From Octopus sinensis (Eukaryota), in contig NC_043000.1 of assembly GCF_006345805.1 (NCBI RefSeq), positions 25,482,001 through 25,546,000 on the forward strand: a DNA stretch of 64,000 nucleotides, in the 5' to 3' direction. The notes beneath the pieces were generated by a model. That model saw only the letters and a program-made list of their open reading frames with translations, was not told where the DNA came from and searched no databases. Of this stretch, positions 24,386 to 37,466 are shown one piece after another. How positions within the stretch are numbered: the first letter of the stretch is position 1; each line of letters opens with the position of its first letter. A program made the position numbers and the translations under genes.

Positions 24386-25273
24386 GGTTGTTAATAGCTG
24401 ACAAAGGTTAAATAATTACAAGACCAAGACATTTGGCATTATGTCATGCTTGAGAGGAAGACCCATCAAGCTGAGCAGGATCGCAATCATGGCTATACTG
24501 GTGTCATGTCAGTGGCACGTGAAAACACCCATTACACTCTTGGAGTGGCTCATACTAGGAAGGGCATCCAGCTGTAGAAAACCATGCCAAATCAGACTGG
24601 AGCCTGGCACAGCCTTCCAGCATGCCAGCATGGACAACAGACGTTAAATGATGATGATGATGATGATGTTGTACCTACTTACATCCAGGTAAACTGTTCC
24701 AACAAGAATTAAGTACTTTAATCAGTGACAGCACAGGACTGAAATTTAATAAAAGTACAAACTACTGGTTTAACCAACTCTACCACCAAATAATAATTGC
24801 ACATTCTCATGCTGTCATAAGCATTTTGAAAAGCATGTTATTTATAATTATGTTATAAGTTTTAATAAAGTTAGCAATGGTTTTCTTCATTTTATTCTAT
24901 AAGATTGCTGTTATTAATTTTCAATGAGATGCTCTAGTAACTTTTAATTGTACATTTGAAGTGCACCAATAATTTTGACTGGATATTTAGTGTGCCAGGA
25001 AGTCAAAAGTTGTGTAAACTTCTCATATTATTCAATATAAAAGGAATATAATTACTGAACTGTGTGAAGGAAAGTATATATTATCATCATCATTTAACGT
25101 CCGCACTCTATGCTGGCATGGGTTAGACGGTTTGACTGGAGCTGATAAGCCAGAGGGCTGCACCAGGGTCAAGTCTCTGATTTAGCATGGTTTCTATGGC
25201 TGGATGCCCTTCCTAATGCCAACCACTCCAAGAGTGTAACAGGTGCTTTTACATTTTACACGCCACCAGCATT

Positions 25274-25310
<37 letters not shown>

Positions 25311-26321
25311 ATATGTATATATTTGTGAAGGCACATGGCTTAGTGGTTAAGGTGTTGCACTCATGATTACGAGATTGCGGGTTTGATTCCCAAACTGGGC
25401 ATTGTGTTATCAACTGGACATGCTATATCTATGATCCAGTATCGTTTCCTTTCTTTCTCAGTTAACACTATTATTAATTAATTATTATTATTATTATTAT
25501 TATTATTAAGGCAGTAAGCTGGCAAAATCTTTAACATGCTGAATAAAATGCTTAGTGGTACTTTGTCTATCTTTACGTTCTGAGTTCAAATTCCACTGAG
25601 GTCAACTTTGCCTTTCATCCTTTCAAGATTGATAAATTAAGTACCAATGAAATACAGGGGTTAATGTAATCGACTAGTTCCTGACCCAAAAATTTCAGGC
25701 CTTGTGCCTTTAATAGAAAGGACTTGGGCCTCACGGCAGCAAAGTGACTGAGTTCCTTTTGAGTGTTGGGCCTCACGGAGGCAATAACCAAGACCTTTGG
25801 CATTGTCATGCTTGAGAAGAAGACCCATCAAGCTGAGCTAAATCGCAGTCATGGCAGATACCGGTGTCACAAAAATTGGCACCAGTGCCGGTGTCATGCA
25901 AATGGCATGTAAAAGTACCCATTACACTCTGAGTGGTTGGTGTTAAGAAGGGCATCCAGCCGTAGAAACCATGCCAAATCAAACTGGAGTCTGGTGCAGC
26001 CTTCCAGCGTGCTAGCCCGGTCAAACTGTCCAACCCATGCCAGCATGGACAACAGATGTTAGATGATGATGATGGTGGTTATGGAGGTAAGCTGGCAGAA
26101 TTGTTAGCATGCCAGGCAAAAGTACTTAGTGGTATTTCATCCGTCTTTGCATTCTGAGTTCAAATTCTGCCATGGTTGACTTAGCCTTTCATCCTTTCGG
26201 AATTAATATAATAAGTACCAGTTGAGCAGTGGCATTGCCTTGATCTACTTAACCACTACCCCAAAACTGTTAGCCTTGTACCAAAATTGGAAACAATAGC
26301 AGCCACAGCAGCAGCAGCAGT

Positions 26322-26722
26322 GGAGGCACAATGGCCCAGTGGTTAGGGCAGTGGACTCGAGGTTGGAGGATCGTGGTTTCAATTCCCAGACCGGGCATTG
26401 TGTATGTTTATTGAGCAAAAACACCTAAAGCTCCACGAGGCTCTGGCAGGGGGTGGTGGCGACCCCTGTTGTACTCTTTCGCTCCAACTTTCTCTTACTC
26501 TTTCTTCCTGTTTCTTGTCCCCGACTTCCTATGCAACCGCTGAGCCTGGATGCGCATTCATCCATCCGTCGATGCTCTCGGTGTCGGGGGTTGACCTGCT
26601 TTCTCTTCTGTGGGTCTTACGAATAGCAAAGGACCACGTTTCGGACTTCTGACAATCCTGAGGTGCGATCTTGTGAGCTCTGGGACGATGACCGCTTCGC
26701 TCAACAAACAAACAAACAAACA
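26322..26722 (+). mobile_element. tRNA-headed SINE with GC-rich body and (AAAC)n tail, inserted in a (CAG)n tract
   Basis: TGGCCCAGTGG A box, GTTTCAATTCC B-box-like sequence, CpG-rich body; GCAGCAGCA on both flanks. Confidence 0.7.
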
Positions 26723-27170
26723 AGCAGCAGCAAGCAGCAGCCACCATCGCCATCATCGTCCTCATCTTTCACAAAATGCCAGCACAGTATACAGCTTATC
26801 ACAATTGTTACAACCTGTCTATCTGAAGTTAAATGCCGCAACCGCTTCACAGCTGAGTGATTTAAGTAGCAGAAATGACAGCTTCCCACTAAAAATAACT
26901 GCTTCACTGGCTGCAGTTACTGCTTCCAACAATATTTAGAAAATCCATGACAGCCTAAGCACATGCAATTATTATTTACAGAGTAACAGTGAGTGTACTT
27001 AATCGAGTTAGTAGTTTGTACTTTAATCGGTGTCAACAATCCAACACTGGTTTTAAAGTACTTAATTATTGCAAGCACAGTCTACCTGAATGTAAATAGG
27101 TACGGAGCAAAACCATCTCAGTTATGATCATCTAAACCAGGGGTTCTCAACTGGGGTCCATATGGTCCAT

Positions 27171-27571
27171 ACTCTTTTTACTCTTTTACTTGTTTCAGTC
27201 ATTTGACTGTGGCCATGCTGGAACACCACCTTTAGTCAAACAAATCGATCCCAGGACTTATTCTTTGTAAGCCTAGTACTTATTATATTGGTTTATTTTG
27301 CTGAACCGCTAAGTTATGGGGACGTAAACACACCAACATCAGTTGTCAAGCGATGTTGGGGGGACAAACACAGACACACAAACATGTACACACACATAGA
27401 TATATATATATATACGACGGGCTTCTTTCAGTTTCCGTCTACCAAATCCACTCACAAGGCTTTGGTCAGCCCGAGGCTATAGTAAAAGACATTTGCCCAA
27501 GGTGTCACACAGTGGGACTGAACCCGGAACCATGTGGTTGGTAAGCAAGCTACTTACCACACAGCCATTCC
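27171..27571 (-). mobile_element. SINE family A copy inserted in a duplicated hAT-MITE left end
   Basis: Full length; flanked by CAGGGGTTCTCAAC...GGTCCAT on the left and MITE internal sequence on the right. Confidence 0.85.
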
Positions 27572-27631
27572 TACACCTATATAAGATTTTTTGGGGTCCA
27601 TGCAACCAAATAGTAAATTGATCATCTAAAC

Positions 27632-27963
27632 CAGGGTTTCTCAACTGGGGTCCATATGGCTCCTGAAGGTCCATGTAAGGTTTTGTGGGTCCATGCAACC
27701 AAACAGTAAATTGGGAATCCACAATAGTATCTTAAGGGCCCTGAAAAACATTTTGCTTTAGATTTTCCTATTGCAAGGAACAGCTAAGTTACTTTCTCCA
27801 ACATTTCACATAGTTCAACCAACACAATGCGCGAAAAGCAAAATAGGAATTTTGAAAGAAGTATCTATAAAACTAATTTTTAATCATCAAATGGCTATAA
27901 GGGGCCCAGAATAAAATAGCAATCAAACAGGGTCCTTAGATCAAAAATGGTTGAGAACCCCTG
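27632..27963. mobile_element. hAT/Charlie-like MITE
   Basis: TIR CAGGGTTTCTCAAC / GTTGAGAACCCCTG; TSD ATCTAAAC on both sides (fits NTCTARAN). Left end plus TSD duplicated at 27130. Confidence 0.88.
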
Positions 27964-28015
27964 ATCTAAACTATTTGGATAGCTGGGACTAAATTATTTT
28001 CTGTTAAATCAGGAG

Positions 28016-28217
28016 TACTCTTTACTCTTTTACTTGTTTCAGTCATTTGACTGTGACCATGCTGGAGCACCACCTTTAGTTGAGCAAGTCAACCCCAGGA
28101 CTTATTCTTTGTAAGCCTAGTACTTATTCTGTTGATTTCTTTTGCCGAACCGCTAAGTTACAGGGACCTAAACACACCAGCATCAGTTGTCAAGCGATGT
28201 TGGGGCAACAAACCCAA

Positions 28218-28266
<49 letters not shown>

Positions 28267-28422
28267 ACGGGCTTATTTCAGTTTCCGTCTACCAAATCCA
28301 TTCACAAGGCATTGGTCGGCCCGAGGCTATAGTAGAAGACGCTTGCCCAAGGTGCCATGCAATGGGACTGAACCCGGAACCATGTAGTTGGGAAGCAAGC
28401 TACTTACCACACAGCCACTCCT
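28016..28422 (-). mobile_element. SINE family A copy
   Basis: Full-length reverse complement. Confidence 0.85.
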
Positions 28423-28710
28423 AAGCGGACAAATAATCAATTCAAAACACATGGCCCTGAAATTTCTGGTCCTGCAAAAGCTTATTTGCAAAATCCAGTG
28501 CTGCTTTGTGAATAAGCTGTTGCAGAATCAGGTAAGCGAGGCCAGGTGTATTGAATTGATTATCAAAAATTTGTTGGCTACTCCCAACTGTTCTGTAGAT
28601 ATTTCATTTGAAAACCCAGCCATTAGGTTAAATAATTTCTGGCTATCTTGAGGATGAAGTATTTATAGTATTGAGAATCATTTACCATATATGGTATCAT
28701 CATTGTTTAA

Positions 28711-29168
28711 CCCTTTTGTTACCAACCCAGCTGAAACTGGCTCTGGTTCTGTAGTACAAACGTCTTGTTTTCATAAGTTTTGAATTAAAATCTTCCACCA
28801 AACCTTAGTCACAATTTATGTCCCTAACACTAGCTTAATGATAACTAAGTTATTTTACTAAATTCTTTCTTATATTTAAAGTAATTGAAAGAAACACAGA
28901 GCATCTCAACAGAAATATGGTAACAAAAGGGTTAGCAAATGATTAATTTAACCCTTTTGATACCAACCCGACTGAAACCACATCTGGCTCTGTAGTACAA
29001 ATGTCTTGTTTTCATAAGTTCTGAATTAAAATATTCCACCAAACCTTAGTCACAATTTATGTTCCTCACACTAGCTTAATGATAAGTTATTTTACTAAAT
29101 ACTATGTTATATCTAAAGTAATTGAAAGAAACACAGAGCATCTCAACAGAAATACAGTAACATGAGGG
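28711..29168. mobile_element. Two adjacent copies of a second piggyBac-like MITE (28711-28931, 28952-29168); third copy at 12082-12286
   Basis: TTAA|CCCTTTTGTTACCA ... TGGTAACAAAAGGG|TTA(G/A). Confidence 0.85.
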
Positions 29169-30411
29169 TTAAGGCAAGACTAATTCTTCAGATTTCAGAC
29201 AGCAAAATCTCAGAAAAACAGCAAAGGATATGCCTCTTAGTGCTATTAGACTGTGCAAAACTACAAATATTTCACTAAAATGTGGATATTATCCTTGTGT
29301 AGATGAGCATAGTGTGTTTTGCATTTTTCTCAAAATGACATTTCTGGCTATGAGTAGCAATCTTTAGGTTACGATATCATCATCACCATCTTTTAATGTC
29401 CACTTTCCATGCTAGCAAGGGGTGGATACACTTCATTTGTTCATCTTCCAGAGACACTTGAATGCTACTACCCAGGGGTTAAAAATGCTTGAACTCCTGC
29501 ACATGGCTATGAGTGACCCCACAACGAAATCTAGGCCAACTTCATCAGTGTCTTTGATTCAGCATCTAGTCTGTACTCCAATCTGTTGGCATTCTAAGTT
29601 AGAGCATATTATCTTTGATATTTTGGTAGAGAAATTGACCTAAAATAAGGGTCTGTTTGCCTTGTCAGTCATCTTGAATTTATAATTAGGTCATGACTAG
29701 ATAATGTGGAAATTTGAATTTTATGTTTTTTGATAGAACTAACACTGTTCTTGATGTATGCCGTATTTGATTTGCCTGGGTTTTATTCCTGCCGAGTGAG
29801 AGCATCTTCAATTTAGGAGTGTTTTCCTATGTCTGAGGTGTTAGTCTTGATTTAATCTCCATCTATGTTGGCATGGACTGAACAATTTGACAGGATCTGA
29901 CAACCAAAAGTCCATGTCAAAACTCCAATGAATGCTTTCACATGGTTTCTACAGCTGGGTACCCTTCCTAATGCCAACCACTTTACAAGATGTAGTGAGT
30001 GTTTTTTTTTTTGTGTGCCACTAGCATTAGTGTGGTTGCCAAGTAACCTGCAAGACAAAATGGGACCCGAGAACTGAGTAGGGATGTACGAGTATTGAAG
30101 GAGGTGGCTTCATGGTTGGTGTTGAGAGTTTAAAGAATGAGAGAGGGACAGGTACAAGTATCATGGTGTAGAAGAGATAAATGGCTACCCCAGCGGGAAA
30201 GAGGAAAACAAAGAGATGTTGGACACTGACAACGAAATAATCAAACGGGCTAAATGGATGCTACACAAGGATACTACAAACAGTCCTAAATGTGAAGTGG
30301 TAGCGACACATGTCAAATGAATGCCTTTATGGAGACCTGCCGAAAGTAAGCAAGAAGATTAGGCAAAGACAGCTGTGACTATCTGGTCACTGTGTGTGCC
30401 ACCCTTAACTG

Positions 30412-30810
30412 GTTTCTTATTTTTTTTATTGCCACAAGGGGACAAACAAGGACAGACAAACAGATTAAGTCGATTACATAGACCCCAGGGCATAACTGGT
30501 ACTTAATTTATTCACCCTGAAAGGATGAAAGGCAAAGTCGACCTCGGCAGAATTTGAACTCAGAACATAACGGCAGACGAAATACCTATTTCTTTACTAC
30601 CCACAAGGGGCTAAACACAGAGAGGACAAACGGATTAAGTCGATTATATCGACCCCAGTGTGCAATTGGTAGTTATTTAATCGACCCCGAAAGGATGAAA
30701 GGCAAAGTCAACCTCAGTAGAATTTGAACTCAGAACGTAACGGCAGACGAAATACCGCTAAGCATTTCGCCCAGCATACTAACATTTCTGCCAGCTCGCC
30801 ACCCTTAACT
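30412..30810 (-). mobile_element. SINE family C, tandem dimer
   Basis: Same tail-to-head junction (GACGAAATAC|CTATTTCTTTACTACCC) as at 44 kb. Confidence 0.75.
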
Positions 30811-32793
30811 GGTAGCATCCAAATTAGTCTTGTAGAACCCACATCCTGGTGATGTAAGAAAAGGAAAACATCATCACACATCAAGAATTTGATTGCAGAT
30901 ACTTCTCTGGAATGTATCCAGGACATCAAGGTAGTGATGATGGACTGAGAAGTGAGGAGAGTAGACTTTGTTGCTGCAGCCTGGGTTGGAATCTGGCCAT
31001 AATAATAATAAAAAATGGCCCTCAGGAACCCTTAACAAAGTTCTCTCTGTTACTAGTAGTCAAATCAAGTTTGCAGTTTGAAGATCGCTACTTCCCTCCC
31101 TCCCTCTCACCAGTCTCAGAGATCCTAGTAAGGGCCGCATGAACTGTCTTACATCTTAAGTCACAGGAATGGTTATTTGGTTAAGAAGATTGCTTCCCAA
31201 CCATGTGATCTTGGGTTCAGTCCTACTACAGAGCACCTCAGGCAGTTGTCTTCTACTATAGATCTGGACTGACCAAAGTTTTGAGAGTAGATTTGGGAGA
31301 TGGAGGTGAAAGAAGCCTCTTGTCTCTAGCCACTAAAGCTTTTTTTTATTCTCTGTTTATTTTCTCGTGTTCTTTCTGTTGAAGAGTGTACGCTCAAAAT
31401 GTAAAAGACTTTCTCACCTTCCCAAGCGTTAAACTAATACACCTGTTTGTTGTTTACACACCTGTCTTCATCTTGTTTTTTGTAAATTCCAACTACACAT
31501 AGATATATGATGAGTATGTGTCTGTATGTGTGTGTATTCTTGCTTTGATGATTGTAAAATGATCATCATCATCATACAAGCAATGCTGTTCATCTCCGGT
31601 CTTTCATGCAAAATATGTCTGGCCATGGGACAAATATTACCTCACTTGGAAGCAGGTGAGGATTAGTGACAGGAAGGGCACCCAGCTGTAGAAAATTTGC
31701 CTCAACAATTTCCTAGTGACCCAGGCGAGCATGGAAAAATAGACATCAAATGATGACAACGATGATGATGACGATAATGGCGATGAGTTCAAAGTAGTAG
31801 AGCCAAGTAATTTCAGAAAATATTAAACAGTCTGTTATAGTACTTGAAGAAATGTCAAAGAATATTGATGAAGAATATTGATGTTTCAATGAGGTAATCC
31901 AGGCTAATCTACTTTATTCTACAATGACTGCTTCAAACAAAAGTAAATGAATTGGAAAATTCTTTCTTCTACCACTCAGATAAATAACTAGGACACAGCT
32001 AATACGATACCAAACTACTCTCACTAAAGCTTATCTAAGAATTTGGGGATTTCTCTCTCTCTCTCTCTTTTTTTTGCTTTTTCTTTTTTTGATTGGTTTC
32101 ATGTTGAAGATAAAAAGGCCTGGATTTCTTAAGACTAAACAAAACGATATATGTGACAGCAACAAATAAGACAGGGTACTGAAGAGAATATATAAATCTT
32201 ACGATAGGGAGATAGAGCTATGTTGTGCTGATATGTACAACTGGTGTAATATATCCATACACATGTATATGTGTGTGTGTGAATAAATATACAGGGGGTA
32301 CAAAAGTAGGTATACGGCAAGTATCACATTGATGTTATAATACTTAATTCATTAGAATTATTAGCATATTAAATTAGTTAGCCTCATTTTTGAGATTGTC
32401 AGTATTCCTTAATCATAACTATAATAATACTTTTATCATAACTTAATATTTTTGATAATGAGTATTGTACATGTTTTCTTTTTTCATAACTCTATACATA
32501 CTTTTGCACCACTCTGTGTATATATATATTTATATACATACATCAACACATATATACAAATACATACCTATATACACACACACTCATATATATACTAACA
32601 TATAATCTTATGTACGTGTGATCTTTCGTTATTTTTCCCTCTATACCTGTGTGAATTATTTTTGAGTATGCATTGTCTGGGAGATTTTTCTTATAGTAGA
32701 AGAAATGGCTAAGATTTTTTGGCTGCTATTTTTAAAAGTTTCGGTGTGTGGTAAAGTAAATTATTTTACTGAACCCTAATTATATAACGTAAT

Positions 32794-34530
32794 CATCATC
32801 ATCATTTAGCGTCCGTTTTCCATGCTAGCATGGGTTGGACGGTTCAACTGGGGTCTGGGGAGCCCGAAGGCTGCACCAGGCCAGTCAGATCTGGCAGTGT
32901 TTCTACAGCTGGATGCCCTTCCTAACGCCAACCACTCCGAGAGTGTAGTGGGTGATTTTATGTGCCACCGACACAGGTGCCAGACGAGGCTGGCGAACGG
33001 CCACGCTCGGATGGTGTTTTTATGTGCCACCGACACAGGTGCCAGACGAGGCTGGCAGACGGCCACGCTCGGATGGTGTTTTTATGTGCCACCGACACAG
33101 GTGCCAGATGAGGCTGGCGGACGGCCACGATCGGATGGTGTTTGTTACGTCCCCAAAGCACGGAGGCCAGTCTATGCGGTACTGGCTACGGCCACGTTCG
33201 GATGATTTTCTTGTGTGCCACCGGCACTGGTACCACAAAGATACAAATTCCATTGATGTTCATCTATTTTGATTTGTTTTGATTTGATTTGATTTTCACT
33301 TGCCTCAACAGGTCTTCACAAGTGTCACAAGAAGGAAGGTATGCACAGGTGGACTGACTACGTCCCAGGTAGGGGCCACGGGTTATGGCCTGACTAGTCT
33401 TGCCGGGTCTTCGGATGGTGTTTTTATGTGCCACCGACACAGGTGCCAGATGAGGCTGGCGAACGGCCACGATCGGATGGTGTTTGTTGCGTGCCCACAG
33501 CACGGAGGCCAGTCGATGCGGTACTGGCTACGGCCACGTTCGGATGGTTTTCTTGTGTACCACAAAGATACAAATTCCATTGATGTTCATCTATTTTGAT
33601 TTGATTTGATTTGATTTTCACTTGCCTCAACAGGTCTTCACAAGTGTCACAAGAAGGAAGGAAGGTATGCACAGGTGGACTGACTACGTCCCAAGTAGGG
33701 GCCACGGGTTATGGCCTGACTAGTCTTGCCGGGTCTTCGGTTGGTGTTTTTATGTGCCACCGACACATTTGATTTGATTTTGATTTTCACTTGCCTCAAC
33801 AGGTCTACACAAGTGTCACACACTTGCCTCAACAGGTCTTCACAAGTGTCATAAGTAGGAAGGTATGCACAGGTGGACTGACTACGTCGCCGGGTCTTCG
33901 GATGGTGTTTTTATGTGCCACCGACACAGGTGCCAGATGAGGCTGGCGAACGGCCACGATCGGATGGTTTTCTTGTGTGCCACCGGTACTGGAACCACAA
34001 AGATACAAATTCCATTGATGTTCATCTATTTTGATTTGGTTTGATTTTCACTTGCCTCAACAGGTCTTCACAAGTGTCACACATGTCACACACTTGCCTC
34101 AACAGGTCTCCACAAGTGTCACACACTTGCCTCTGCCTCAACAGGTCTTCACAAAGTGTCACACACTTGCCTCTGCCTCAACAGGTCTTCACAAGTGTCA
34201 CACACTTGCCTCTGCCTCAACAGGTCTTCACAAGTGTCACACACTTGCCTCAACAGGTCTTCACAAGTGTCATAAGAGGGAAGGTATGCACAGGTGGACT
34301 GACTACGTCGCCGGGTCTTCGGATGGTGTTTTTATGTGCCACCGACACAGGTGCCAGATGAGGCTGGCGAACGGCCACGATCAGATGGTGTTTGTTGTGC
34401 CCACAGCACGGAGGCCAGTCGATGCGGTACTGGCTACGGCCACGTTCGGATGGTTTTCTTGTGTGCCACCGGTACTGGAACCACAAAGATACAAATTCCA
34501 TTGATGTTCATCTATTTTGATTTGGTTTGA
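32794..34530 (-). mobile_element. Concatemeric RTE 3'-end element (hierarchical tandem repeats)
   Basis: Canonical 3' end at 32794; ~63-bp units; ~300-bp higher-order units joined at GCCGGGTCTTC|GGATGGTG; 33-39-bp sub-array at 34060-34270. Confidence 0.85.
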
Positions 34531-34730
34531 TTTTTTTTTGTTTTAAATATACCATAAATGGTCTTTTTACATACTTGGTAAAATTAATTAATAATTAATT
34601 AATTTTACCCTTTTATTATTGATAATAATACTTACATATATATATATATATATATATAATATATATATATATATATACACACACATACACTCACATATAC
34701 ATACACACACATACAAATAAAAAATATATG

Positions 34731-34966
34731 CAGGGTGGCCAAAAACTAGGTTTACAGTTATTCAACTATCTCTTTCACATTCATATATTAATAGTTTAGA
34801 TCTTAATTATAAAAAAAATATGAAACCATTATTTTATGCTAATTTAGTTAATTTTGTCAATCTCCCTTTTCAGTTTGTAAGATAGAAATTTAAATGTAAT
34901 AAAATGTTTTAAAAGCAATTTAAAGTGCATACGTGATAACTGGAAACCTACTTTGGGGCCACCCTG
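34731..34966. mobile_element. Tc1/mariner-like MITE
   Basis: TIR CAGGGTGGCCAAAAACTAGGTTT / AAACCTACTTTGGGGCCACCCTG in a TA-rich context. Confidence 0.7.
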
Positions 34967-35904
34967 CATATATACAGTTTATGACTGTTGCTGATTTTAA
35001 TGACCTCAAAAGAATGAGGGAAAATGTTGACCTCAGATCTTGAGATAAAAATGCTGGAGTGAGGAAAGCAATAAAAAGTACAAGACATGTAATCCAATGC
35101 CTTACCATTTCTGTTTATTCTTAAAATGTTGCGTAAGAATAACACAAGATCAGATTCACAATGGTTCTTTGATTTCTGATGACAAATTTCAGTCAAGAGA
35201 CAACAATAGTATATGTGCATTTTCATGAACAAAATATCAAGTTCAACTACAGCTGAAACAATGGAATGCAATGGCTGTATTATATATTTCACATATGATG
35301 ATGAAAATATCATCATCATCATCGTTTAACGTCCGCTTTCCATGCTAGCATGGGTTGGACGATTTGACTGAGGTTTGGCAAACCAGATGGCTGCACCAGG
35401 CTCCAATCTTGATCTGGCAGAGTTTCTACAGCTGGATGCCCTTCCCAACACCAACCACTCCAAGAGTGTAGCGGGTGCTTTTTACGTGCCACTGGCACAA
35501 GGGCCAGTAAGGCGGTACTGGCAACGACTTTGCTCGAATCTTTTACACATGCCACCGGCACAGGTGCCAGTAGGGCGATGCTGGTAACGATCATGCTCGA
35601 ATGGTGTCTTTTACGTGCCACTGGTATGGAGGCCAGATAGCCGCTCTGTCAACGATCATTATTGAAAAATAATGGTTTCAAATTTTACCATGAGTGCAGC
35701 AGTTTTGAGGGAGGGGATGGGTTGATTACATTGACCCCAGTATGCAACTGGTACTTAATTTATCAACCCTGAAAGGATGAACGGCAAAGTTGATCTTGGT
35801 GGTATATATGGACTCAGAACATAACAATGGGTGAAATACCGCTAAGAATTTCACCTGACACGCTAATGTTTCTGCCAGTTCACCACCTTAATAATAATAA
35901 TAAT

Positions 35905-36320
35905 AGTAACCCTTTCTACTATAGGCACAAGGCCTGAAATTTGGTGGGAAGAGGCCAGTCGATTAGATCAACCACAGTACACAACTGGTACTTAATTTAT
36001 TGGCCTCCCCCCACCTCAAAGTATGAAAGGCAAGGTCGGCCTCGGCAGAATTTGAACTCAGAATGCAGTGGCAGACGAAATACCTAATTTTTTACTACCC
36101 ACAAGGGGCTAAAATTTTTTTACTACCCACAAGGACAGACAGACAGATTAAGTCGATTACATCGACCCCAGTGTGTAGCTGGTACTTAATTTATCGACCC
36201 CGAAAGGATGAAAGGCAAAGTCGACCTAGGTGGAATTTGAACTCAGAACATAACGGCAGGCTAAATACCGCTAAGTATTTCGCCCAGCATGCTAACAATT
36301 CTGCTAGCTTGCCACCGTAA
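35905..36320 (-). mobile_element. SINE family C, tandem dimer (monomers near 9480, 22600, 25510, 26085, 35700, 36490, 56590, 57800)
   Basis: Same junction (GACGAAATAC|CTAATTTTTTACTACCC); copies typically adjoin (AAT)n. Confidence 0.75.
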
Positions 36321-37103
36321 TATAATAATAATAATAATAATAATAATAAACTGAGCCACTCCAGCAAAAACCCTTTTCTTTAAGAAATAGTTCTGTAACC
36401 ACCTCCAATGGATTCTACTGCTCTAATCATTCCAGTTGGACCCATATTCCTTTGGCCAACCCATGATGTAATCTCACCACTTTAATAATAACAGGTTTCT
36501 AATACAGGCACAAGGCCTGAAATTTGGGGGGAAGATGATAATCGATTATATTGAAACCAGTAGTCAACTGGTACTTATTTTATCAATTTCAAAAGGATAA
36601 AAGGCACAGTCGATCTTGGCAATGGTTCTGTACCATGAATGAAAAAATCATTAACTGTCATATCAACATCATCAGTTAACATCTGTTTTCTGTGCTGGCA
36701 TGGGTTGGATGGTTAAGCAGGAGCTGGCAAGGGCAGGAGCTGGCAAGGCCAGGATCTGGTAATGTCAGAATCTGCACCAGGTTCCATTGTCTGTGTTGAC
36801 TTGGTTTCTACAACTCAATGCTTTTCTTAATGCCAACCACTTTACAGAGTGTACTGGGTACTTTTTATGTGATATCATTACCAATGTTCTTTAAATGGTG
36901 GCACCATCACTAATGCATTTTATGGGACACCATCACAAACAGGGTCACCAAATGCCACACAAGACAAAAACTCCTCAACTAGGAGGGAGGGGTGTAGTAT
37001 TGAAAGGAAGTGGCTTTGTGTCACTTGAAAGATTTAATGTATAGAGAGGACAGGTATATGTGTCTTGGGGTAGTATATACTTCAAAATAATAATCTTCTC
37101 TGA

Positions 37104-37466
37104 CCCTTTAGCATTTAAACCGGCCGGCAATATCCAGCCCAAATATTCTGTTTTATGTTCAAACTGGCAAACTAGCCAGATCCATTCTCTCACACCTACC
37201 CTACAATCATCATCATCATCGTTTAGCGTCCGTTTTGCATGCTAGCATGGGATGGATGGTTCGACCAGGGTCTGGGAAGCCAGGAGGCTGCACCATGCTC
37301 CAGTCTGATCTGGCAGTGTTTCTACAGCTAACGCCAACCACTTTCTAAAAATAAGCAAATACACCACTGGACTCTCAAAGCCAAGAGACAATACATGATC
37401 AATTCAAAGCATTGTGAATAAAAAAAAAGCATGACATTTGACAGAGTAATCTGAAATGCTAAAGGG
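37104..37466. mobile_element. piggyBac-like MITE interrupted by an RTE 3'UTR fragment; partial tandem copy follows to ~37635
   Basis: CCCTTTAGCATT ... AATGCTAAAGGG termini. Confidence 0.75.

Noticed and set aside
26628-26650. CGAAACGTGGTC on the minus strand of the GC-rich SINE
   Set aside because: No CUGAnGA core upstream.
34577-34609. 33-nt AT-rich palindrome GGTAAAATTAATTAAT-A-ATTAATTAATTTTACC
   Set aside because: Real but short and low complexity; no evidence of function.
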